Part shown: in pieces, positions 50,401 through 64,000 of the stretch | Layout: each line of letters begins with the position of its first letter | Position numbering within the stretch: the stretch's first letter is position 1 | From: Piromyces finnis finn | Taxonomy: Eukaryota > Fungi > Neocallimastigomycota | Direction of reading: 5' to 3' | DNA length: 64,000 nucleotides | Assembly: GCA_002104945.1 (NCBI GenBank) | Contig: MCFH01000005.1 | Location: 496,001-560,000 of the forward strand | Translations under genes and position numbers: made by a program | The notes under the pieces: model-generated | Told to the model about the DNA's origin: nothing | Database searches by the model: none | The model's input: only the letters and a program-made list of their open reading frames with translations

Positions 50401-51260
50401 ATTGGTGTTTGAATAGCATTTGGTGGTGGATTAATGGTTGAAACAGAGTTTGAAGGAATGGCTATACCTAATGCTAATCCAGAATTTATTTCATAATTTG
50501 GTAAAGACGGTGGAGAAAGATTATTTGAAAAGACAGGTGCAGAATAAGCATGGTTCATGTTACCTTGTGGACCAATTACTTCACTTGGTGGATACATTAC
50601 ATTATTTGAACTGTTATTTGCATAAGTTGAATTTATATATGTATTAGCTGAATTTATTGGTATATTTGGGTTCATAGGAGAAGCTGGGTTTACTTGAGCA
50701 TTTATGTTTATATTTGGAGGAGAAGCATTTGAATATGAAACAAGAGTACCAGGAATTGAAATATTTTTATTTATTACAGTATATTGAGGTTGATTTGGTA
50801 TAGTAACTCTATTCATTGGTGATACGATAGTATTATTATTGTAAGGAGATGGAGAAGGTTGAGCTGATTGCTGAAATATTTCAGAATTATTAATGGTATT
50901 AGGAGTATTATTATATATCACTGTATTGTTTGGATACATTGAGTTGTGAGGAAAGCTAATATTAGAATGATATGTTAGTGGAGAGGTTTGTAGTATATTC
51001 TGTTGATGTACCATAGATAATTGTTGAACTACAGTTGAAGGAATAACTTTGGGTTGATTTTGTAAAACTACATTGTTATTATTTGGAAAGAGAGACGATT
51101 CGCTCATTAAAGATTGGGTAGGAATTTTTTCATTATTGTTGCTGCTGTTATTATCTGAGCCATTATTTTGTAATAATGTTTGATTACTATTATTATTTGA
51201 GCTATCCAAAGCTTCAAAATATGTAGGTAAATTACTGTTTAAAGAAGCAATATCAATCAT
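47493..51260 (-). CDS. C2H2 zinc-finger transcription factor, 1255 aa, intronless
   Basis: Three C-terminal C2H2-type fingers (CTYPNCNKAF...H...H; CPNCTKTFRRRYDLMRHGRIH; CSRCLRGFTRSDSCARH), an upstream basic NLS-like stretch and a long N/P/S/T-rich disordered N-terminus. Confidence 0.9.
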   Translation of the reverse strand: MIDIASLNSNLPTYFEALDSSNNNSNQTLLQNNGSDNNSSNNNEKIPTQSLMSESSLFPNNNNVVLQNQPKVIPSTVVQQLSMVHQQNILQTSPLTYHSNISFPHNSMYPNNTVIYNNTPNTINNSEIFQQSAQPSPSPYNNNTIVSPMNRVTIPNQPQYTVINKNISIPGTLVSYSNASPPNININAQVNPASPMNPNIPINSANTYINSTYANNSSNNVMYPPSEVIGPQGNMNHAYSAPVFSNNLSPPSLPNYEINSGLALGIAIPSNSVSTINPPPNAIQTPIISNRISSNMLPSNTNTPMNLSNNLIIPNESSTDLTSSIEMSTPLVMTTSMPILSNNLSTPHQGTTTPVLPSSLFGINSGDHVIDSTNSTLVIPSDLTCIAMDNQQVPSLDCLSPPVRVNSMSLNSSHSIPSTTPPSKSKFVHYEESSYSTKAEDVPLLNVGATPSVKSKDFINSLPTPKDTVTMKCTFNREGITLDSITEAPQHEINKSLEMKMPISPKEEISKNIASTSLTSKLNKATYPSPQILNKKGTINEKNVYIMMHPSSHKSLKQEVRRGDSVSLPNKENMININSKDTPKPENITINTIYTPKTTPYTNTIATPLANSMPTPVSTPLFTPKIPEISTPSAKSMPTPITPSINSKKVNTIVQDHYKRSTNNRMLLSKNITAPVVLSSLSSVVESIKAKSSLSVTNTGKNEKEASVKSKNKNKKGISVKEQSNDRSEKEISDTQSNDKKENEKEVKLTVPKTVPLKFSEPLALRENAAFTEPIVFVDPLSKENNKAKSNDIIILKNDKKESNEVKLSDIIVSKNEEKESNVANKKSASVIELIKEANIKNKNQSLAYTKYLLEKKFTYNKANKPKKTNDKLKNQNSDQSKNDSKASDISNHVVEVPSPALSSFKPKNYTEPLPFIDTGDLTLEDLLNEATIQNKNLTYNDILTEDNMLLKPITNQFKEIVKSKENKEKESDFSTTDKNRKDIKNEKEDQANVQNTPFKEETIGVKRKEEGEIKNEDTVLKKRKIEEKKVANETKKRSFEENATSSEGKKKKRTKKETSENKKKRNKDISEDGVMSKVKYNSNNISIYVSELKVLTKFQTKDDQDIYPLRCVCEGDLEDKELGLEDLVCTYPNCNKAFGKSIHLEKHFIEHGDDFRPYQCPNCTKTFRRRYDLMRHGRIHNYIIPYRCSRCLRGFTRSDSCARHAKTRQCKYFDFDKLNEKKENPPYYVIVKDPSNKTEKDIIIIPLNKEKIKE

Positions 51261-54200
51261 CTTTTAATTATTAATTGGTATAATATATATCTGCCTTTTA
51301 TAATAGAACAATTATTAATATTTTAGTTTTGATTATTATTATCAAAATAATAATTATATTTTGTAATTTTATATAAAAAGGATTATTTTCAAAATAATTT
51401 ATTCTTTGAATTTAATGTTATATTATGATAATTTTAAATTCTTAAATATTACTTGTATATAAATATATAATTTCTAAATTATTCATATATACGAAAAAAA
51501 ATATATTTTATTTCAATTTTTGTTTACAATTATATTATTATTTACATTTATGCTTAAAAATATGATAAAATTTATTTTTAAAATTAAATTAAATTAAAAA
51601 TATTAAATAAATAGAAGCAAATTTAAAAAAAATAATGATTAAAATATATTTCTCTTTAATAAATAAATAAAATAAACAAAAGTAAAAAAAGAAAAGAAAA
51701 AAGAAAAAAGAAAAAGAAATAAATAATACTACTATTCCTTCTTATTCCTTTTATTTATTATTCCTTTTTTAAATGCTTTTTCTAAAATGAAAAAAAATAT
51801 ATATTCTACTGACTAGGTTATTAAAAAAATACAATTCATTTCTTTTTATACTTTTTTTAATAAAATTATTCCTAATTAAAAAAAAATTAATTTTTGTTTT
51901 TTATAATTATGGCTACCAAAAAAAAAAAAAAAAAAAAAAACAATATATATTATTTTTTATAATATATAATAGTTGTAATATGTTAATATATATTTCTATT
52001 ATAAATATATATTTATTATATTATTTATCATCTGTCATCATTAATAAATCATTTAATATAATATATAAAAGATGCTATTATATTCTTCATTAATAATTGA
52101 TGTTATATAGATTATATGTTGTTGAATAATTCATTATAATCAAAGTATATTCCACATATAATAGTTTATAATTAGTCCAATATATTTTGTATAAATATAG
52201 CCTATACAAAATATATTTCAATATAAATTTAATAACAAAGATATATATATATAAGTGTATATTAAAGTACATAATAATATAATATAAAAATTTATTTTAT
52301 AAAAAATTCTAAAATATAAAGTTACATTAAATAATAGAGTTCCAATATTAACTAATATATGGATAATATAACATACTATATTTCTAGAATCACTTTAATA
52401 TAATTCAGTTTTATATAATATTATTGTGTATAGAATATAAAAATTTTGGAAAATGTTTTATTATTAAATAAAGTTTTTTAATATGTTACAGTATAAATTA
52501 AAATTTCTAATGATATATGATTTAATTAAAATAATATTTTTTTATATATATTAACGATTTAAAAAAAAATATTTAATATAATTAAATTTCTTTCATTTTT
52601 TTTTATAAAAAATGATAACACAAAATGAAATTCTTTTACATACTACTTCATTTGTATTGATTTACTACAAAGCATTCAATTAAAGCAAATACTTAAATAT
52701 AACAATATATATATAAAAATTAGGAGAACTATGTTGTACCAAAAGAAATTTACATAACCCTGGAAACATTTGTATTACTTATCTATTAAATGTATAATAT
52801 TTTCCTTTAAATTCTAATTTTATATATAAATAATAATTCATTGTAACATAATTTTACATAAAAAATAAATAATTTTGATATAAACATTATCTATTATGTA
52901 TTCAAAAGAAAAAAAAGTTTAATTTACGTATTGAAACCAAACATTTACTATTCTAATAAAAAAGAATTAATATTGTCACGCTTTTTATTATTCATATAAT
53001 TATCAATATTCAATATCCTATAACACTATAGCATGATTTTTGCTATAAAATATTAAAAATATTGATCATTTATAGTAATTTCTTTCTTTATAACTGATTA
53101 ATAAAATTTTATTTCTACTATTAAATAAAAAATGAATGAATTTTTAATACTAATTTATGTTAGTATTAGCTCATTTAAAATTTTTATATTCTAAAAAAAA
53201 AAAATTGCCAATAATATATATTAATAAGAATATTGAATATTAAAATTTTACAATATCATCCTATAGAATATTTTTTGAGTCTTTTTTTTAAAAAAAAAAG
53301 ACTATTATAAAAAAATCTAATAATATAATAATTATTGAACTGTTTAATTTATTTATAAATTTCATTCTTGTTTTTGTGTAACTTTAGAAATTGGAAAATA
53401 TGTAAAAGTTTAAGATTATAAGAATAAATTAAATATGGAAATGATAAATTAAAAAATATTCCATAAAAATTAAATATATTAAAAGAGTAAAGAATAAAGT
53501 TTATATACTTTTATTTGATAATTCGAAATAGAGGTTAGGTTATTATTTGTGTTTCAAATAAAAATTAAAGTTGGTATATATAACGATATAATATATAAAT
53601 TAAAAGTAAGAGCCCAAAATTTTTATTGGTTTAAAGATAAACAATTCTTATTATTCTAAATGGTTTTTTTTTTATAATTTACACTTTTACCTTTTACCAA
53701 AATAATATATTATGATTTCAATAAAAAAATGTACCTCGAAAAAAAAACATTTACTTTAATAATATGCATAAATAATAATTAAACATAATGATATTTTTTC
53801 TTATACATAAAAAAATTATTATTAAAAAATATCATACAATGAAATAAAAATGAATATTTAATGGTATTTTATAAAAATTACTTTTAATCTTCTTCATTAA
53901 ATTTATATATAAATAATAATCTATATAATTATTTCATTATTAATTTAGTTTTTCTTAAAATGAATATCAATGTAATGTCAAAGTTTTACCATGACTTTAC
54001 TATGAAATGATAAAAAATATTGTTACAGAAAATTACTTTTTTTCGTAATTATTAATATTTTATTTATTATCTTTTTCTATTAATATAATATACATAATAT
54101 GTAAGATAATCCGTCTGTTTATCTCAATAAATTCATAGTTGACGTTTTTTTTTAACTTAATTTAGGTTTAATTTGTAGGACATTATATATTTATTACTGA

Positions 54201-57200
54201 TTAACATTTAGAATAATATAATATACATTTTATTAAAATGCCACAATTTTATACTCTTAATAATTAGAATTTCAATAAAATATATAATTTATTTTGATTT
54301 TGATTTATTGTAAAATTATTTTTTATTATAGTTATATATGATAATAGGTGTATTCTATGAACAAATATTAATTTCAATTTATATTAAAATTATATATTAA
54401 AATAATTCCAGAAAATTAAAAAATAAGCTAGATCTTAGATTATTTTAATTTTTAAAAATAAAAAAAAATTCTAATTTACTTCACTTTTTTATAATATTAT
54501 TTAATGACTACTTTAATTTTCATCTATTCATATTAAATGAAAAATATGCATACATAATAATTAAAATGGAAGTGATTTATTCATTATTATTTTAAAGATC
54601 TTTTTATTATTTATCAATATGATTTTATTTAATAAAAATATATATAATACATGTAGAAAAAAATATTAAAAATCTTTTTACATATTTTTTTATTTTTATG
54701 GAAATAAATGTAAATTTTTATATAATATAAAAATTGAGTAACTAAAAAAAAAAAAGATGAAATTATTAATTTAAATTAACTATTATCATTGATATGATTT
54801 AATTTTTTTAAAACACATTTTCATTTTGATTTACTTATTTTTAATCTTAAATTATATTAAACATAAACTCTAATTCAAACAAAAAATTTTATTCTCTAAT
54901 CTAATAGTATTATTTAATTTATTTTGATATTATTAAAGTTTTAACTATTTTTAAAGTTAAATTCTTAATTAAACATTTCCATAAAAGTTTTAATTAAAAT
55001 ATTATTCAAATTGAAATAATAAAATTTATGGTATTTTAATTGCAAAAAAAAAAATTAATAAATAATAGTGCTTTTATTAATATATTTGTATACATTATTC
55101 TTTTTATGTTTCTAATATTTGAATTATATGCATACTTTGTATATATAATTCTATTGATTTCATTTTAATAATAAAAAATAAATTAATAATGGGCAATTTT
55201 TGTACAGTAAAAATTTTAATATATATTTTTTTTGAAAATAAAGATATTAAAGCATTCTATAAAACCTTATAGTATATTAAAATAATAAATTTTTGCATTA
55301 TTACTAAATTAACATAGCATAACAATCTAATAAATAAATAAAAAAATTTAAAATAAAAATAATATGATTTAGTAATGATCATTGATATTCACTTTAACCT
55401 TTCGTTAATTTTCTTTTGAATATTAATCGATAAACATTTCATAAAATAATTATAAATTCTTTTTTTTTATAAATGTATCCAACAATTAATCGATTACCTC
55501 CTATCTATGTTTTCTATTTCTTTTTGAGTAATCTTCTATTTATTTTTAAAATAAAAATAAATATGTATTTTATTGGTGTTACAAAATCAAATGACTGATT
55601 AATGATACACAAATAAAAATTTTTTATTAAAATGTAATATTAATTAAATCAATAGAAGGATTCCTTAACCCATATATAGAAAATATATTGAGTTTTATTT
55701 AATTTTTATATTAATATTAAAAATATATATTGTTCATTAAGTATTAATATATTAGTAATTATTGTAATTATTAGAAATGCTTAAAAATGATATTAATATC
55801 ACTTAATTATTAAATATATTATATATAGCCATAAATATATTAAAAAAAAGAAACAAAAAATTAACATTAATACATCAATATCTGGTGATTTAATAATTTT
55901 AAAAGGATTACATCCATTGTTTATCTTAGTTTTTAGTGCTCTACTTTTATCTATTTTGGTAATATCAAAAAACTTTGATACTTTAAGATAATAACTTTTT
56001 CTATTTAATATTTTTGTTAAGTTGACCTATGATTAATAAAATGAAACTAATATTTTAAATTATTATATAAACCTTAATTATTATATTAAAAGAATACTCA
56101 TTAAAATTATTGTCCTATATAATATAATCATTACATTTATTTACTAATGAAATACATTAATATTTTTATATTATATTATTTAATCCTAGAAATGTAAATT
56201 AATATAAAAAATATGATCTTCTTCAATACAAGTTTATACTATCATTTCAATAAAATATAATTAATAAAGGTTTGATACAATTATCTCGATTTTTAATGCA
56301 ATAATAAATATTCATATTTTAAATATTAATTGAAAAGTAATTTTAAAGTTGTTATTCCTAAATAAAAGAAAGAAATGTATATATAAATTTGGCTTTTGAA
56401 AAATATCAAGTTATATATAATTTACCTATAATTATGTTAATTTAAGAGGAAAAATTCTTTTAATTTAAATAAATTATCTTTCTAAATTTCAAACTTAATT
56501 ATTTGATCAATCACCAATAAAATAAATTTCTCCAAAGTTTCTTTTAAAAAATTTTATGACATTACATTTTAATTTAACTTTAAAAAATAATAGAATATTA
56601 TTTATTAACCTTTAATATAAGACATTTTAAAATTAATTTTTTTTCTTTTTTGAAAAACATAAGGCAATAAATAAAGCACAAGATTTTCATTTTTTATTTA
56701 TATTTAATGTTAGAATAGAATATAATTTATTTTAATGAATTAATAAATTTTAACTTAAATAAAAATGATTTAAAGCAAGAATTAATAGTTCATAAAAATA
56801 ATAACTCATCCATAAGATTAAAATATATATATGCGAAATCGTTTTCCCAAAATAATCTCATTATTTGACTTGAGTAATATTGAGTTATACTTTTCTTTAT
56901 ATATTCTTAATATACTAGAGCTTTGATTTCTAGTATAATTAAACAATTACTTTAAATTAAATATTTATTAATTTGTGGTGAAAAAAAAAATTTTATTTCT
57001 TTTTTAAAAAAATGGATGATCATCTAATTTATTTTATTATTTAAAGTAACTTTTATTTACACACAAAATAAATAATTCTCTGATATTTTTTTTGATGTCG
57101 ATCAATTTTTCTTATTATTATACTTTTAATTTTTCTATATTATTTAAAAAAAATTACAAAACATATTGTAGGCAATTTTTTTTTTCTTAATAATGAAAAA

Positions 57201-59510
57201 CTTTTTTTAAATAATAAATATTATGACTAATATTCTTTTATGAATGATTCATTTAATAAATAACGAATTAACTTTTATTATCATTAGTAAATTATAATAT
57301 GTACATTAATACAATTCGAATGCTTTCTATTCTCATCTTTAACCTTGTCATATTATATTTCTTTTCTTTTTTTTAATGAAAAATATAAAAATTTATTTCT
57401 AAATTAAACAACCCCAAGCCTTTATATAAATAACTTATAAATAGTTAGAATTTTTATATGATAACAATTCTTATATACATAATATATTGATTATTGCTAT
57501 TATTTCTTACAAAAAATAAATAATTAATAATATAAATAATATGTTTACTGATAATAAATATATAATATATTAAGAATGCCATCAATTTAGAAAAAACTTC
57601 TTTGTACTTTTTAAGGAAAGCAATTTAAACTTTATTATATGAATATATATAATATTATTTATTAATTTTTGTGTTTTCATTTTTTTCAAATTTATATTAA
57701 TTTTTATTTTCAATTCAAAACTTTGATTTTACTATGATACATGCATATTAATGTATAATCTATATTATATTCGAAGTATATTAATTTTTTTTAATATAAA
57801 ACTTATTAGCAATTTAAATTTAATATAAGATATTAAATCATCATTCATATAAAAATCATTACTAAATTCTATTGAAAAAAAAATTTTTTTGTTTTAAGTG
57901 TCTCTACAATTTTTTATATTATTTTATTTTCATAATTACATATATTTATTGACTACGAATATGAATTTTTATGTTATTATATTTACTTCTTAAAAAGTAA
58001 ATCCTTTCACATTTTATTCTTATAAATAAAAAAAATAATATTCAAGACTTTACTTTTTTCTTTTTAAAGATATTCCCCAAAAATAATAAAGTATCAAAAC
58101 AAAATTTTATCTATTATATTAAAAATAAATTAGGTGTGACAAAAAAAAAAGTTAATTATTAACGGGAATTTCCGGAAGTTAAAACCTTAATTTTTGTTTA
58201 TCTAATTAATTAGATTTCCTTATATAGTAATGAGAAAATATTTTTGTTTTAGCAATAAATTTCTAAACATCAAAATATCACGCCTCCTTCATTATTACTA
58301 TGAAGGATATGTATTGATAAAGCTATTATCATTATTATTTTATTTAATTATTATGTCGTTCTCTATACTAAAGGTACATATACAGATTCATGATATTAAA
58401 TAAAATTAGTAAAATCTTTTTTTAAACCTTCATTTATAATGTCTATCTACAGAGTTTAAGATATAGTTTTATCTGTCTCAAAATAGTACAAAAGACAATA
58501 GATTAGCAAAAGTAGAGTAAAAGTCAATGTATATAATATTTTTTAATTGAATAAACTATTAATCTAAGAATCTAATAAGATTAATATATTATTATTACTA
58601 TTGAAATGATATTAGTATTGTTATTGGCAATTTTTGTTTACCATTACTACAAACAAAGACCAAATTAATTAATTTATTATAATACATATTAAAATTATTT
58701 TTATTTTTATTAATTTTTTTTTTACTGTTGATCCATTTTTATAAACTATGTTTTTTGTTATGGTTCACAAGATATATCTATTTTTTTTTAGTAGTTATCA
58801 TTTAAATAATAGAATAATTTTTTATTATTATTAAATATACTTTATTTCACATACTTAATTTAGAAAAACTATTATCTTTCCATCAATTGTTATTTACTTT
58901 TAATATTAATAATAGACATCATTTTTTACTATTGAGACAGAAATTAATAGTAAATAGATTAATGTTAATGTCTATTTTGATTAAAGATTAGGTTATATAA
59001 TTTTTTTTAAATTTTATAATTACTAAAATAAATAATTTTATTTTCATTCAATTTTATTTAATTATTTTTGCTTATTTTTTTATAAAAGATATATAGATAT
59101 TTTAAATATTAGTAATTATAATAATATAAATAAGGAATTAATAATCTTTTAAAAAAAGCAATCTATATGCGTATATGTGAGGATTAATTATTTTTTATTA
59201 TATTTAACATTTTCACTAAATTTAATATTTTTTTTTACTTTTTCTAAAGGTTAATTATTTTTTAAGATAGGATAAAATTAAAAAATAAAATTTATACTAA
59301 TTATCAAATATATATTTTTTATAATTATTATTATTTTTTTTTCAGTATTTATAATTAGTTAACTTTAAATAAATTTTTAAAATTATATAGGCTTTTATAA
59401 ACGTGATAAAAATTAGTAGAAAAAAAGAAAGAAATTTTAAAAAATTACTTTTGAAAAATAAATAAAAGTATATGTATTTTAAAATATTAAATATAAAAAA
59501 TTATATATAT

Positions 59511-59730
59511 ATATTTCTTTGGATTTTAATACTTATTCTTTATAGATTTAAAAATTGAAATATTAAAACTTTAATAAACAAATTAATATTTTTATATATA
59601 ATAATATTATAAAATTTTGTAAAAAATTATAATTATATTTCTTTGGATTTTAATACACATTCTATATAAATTTAAAAATTGACATGTAAAATTAATAAAT
59701 TTATACTTTTATAAATAATAATATAATAAA
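59511..59730. repeat. Degenerate tandem duplication with 124-bp period
   Basis: ATATTTCTTTGGATTTTAATAC...ATTCT.TATA.ATTTAAAAATTGA occurs at 59511 and again at 59635. Confidence 0.75.
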
Positions 59731-60093
59731 TAAAAAAATGTATATAAAGAAATTAATTAAAATATATAAAAATTCAAAAATTCAAAAAAAAAAAAAAAAA
59801 ATAAAACAAAAAATATTACATTTTAATAACAATATTATTTATTTATAAAGATAAATTTAAACTTGTAAACTTTTAAAAATAAATTTAAATCTATTATTAT
59901 GCAAACACAAAAATATTTATTATATTTTTACTATTTTTTTTTTAACAAAATTAAAAAAATATTTTTTTAATCCTTTTTCCATTTTAAAAAATATATTAAA
60001 TATCAACCAATCATATTAAAAATACTCAAGTTAAAGGAATTGTTTTTTAATAGAAAATTATATTAGTTAATTGTGAATTTAAAACTTTGGAAG

Positions 60094-63729
<3,636 letters not shown>

Positions 63730-64000
63730 TGATTATTAATTTTTTCTTTTTATCTATTATTTATGTCTTATTTAGAAGTATTTTTTTTTTTTAAAAAAGA
63801 AATTTTTATTAATTAAATTTATAATTTTTATTTATTTCATTATTCTTTGTATTATTATATATTAATATATTTATTTTTTGATTAAACATATAATCTAATT
63901 AATAAAAATAAAGATAAAGATAAAAATAAAAATAAAAATGAAAATGAAAATGAAAATAATAATAATAATAATAATAATATATATATATATAAAGTGTAAA

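Noticed and set aside
48007-50647. Several plus-strand ORFs (and similar short ones at 1219, 1604, 1978, 29711-30469, 36894 and 39576)
   Set aside because: They are antisense or alternate-frame shadows of longer genuine ORFs, produced by biased composition.
58471-58941. 10-bp inverted repeat TCTGTCTCAA/TTGAGACAGA about 460 bp apart, possible MITE ends
   Set aside because: It is short, its extension is imperfect, and there is no target-site duplication; not distinguishable from chance without a copy-number search.

Overview
Intron-rich, extremely AT-rich eukaryotic DNA, most likely from an anaerobic gut fungus (Neocallimastigomycota), judged by a GH9 cellulase carrying three fungal Cys-type dockerins and by the AT-rich introns and (AAT)n arrays. 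I could reconstruct about 17 protein-coding genes by hand-splicing: GH9-dockerin cellulase (5'-truncated), dynactin p50, a secreted four-repeat Cys protein, WBP11, MTQ2/N6AMT1, a TPR-F-box-LRR protein (Dia2/Pof3-like), UTP21, a CEP192/SPD-2-like protein, RPS30, a low-complexity orphan, a POF1-like NMN adenylyltransferase, a second orphan, ELG1/ATAD5, SUB1/PC4, NAS6/gankyrin, a C2H2 transcription factor and ELP3. An 8.8-kb region between the last two has no recognisable gene. I saw no tRNA, rRNA, CRISPR array or intact mobile element. The most notable observations are (1) a 2-nt micro-exon that the GH9 reading frame appears to require, (2) a compact CEP192/SPD-2-like gene that keeps a short animal-type motif split across an intron, (3) an unrecognised secreted protein built from four CxxxC...CC[DG]G modules, (4) a ~200-nt GC-rich, self-complementary intergenic island (candidate ncRNA or transposon end), and (5) a triplicated basic motif plus a 65-Asn tract in the ELG1 N-terminus. 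All family assignments come from motif recognition and recall, not from database searches.
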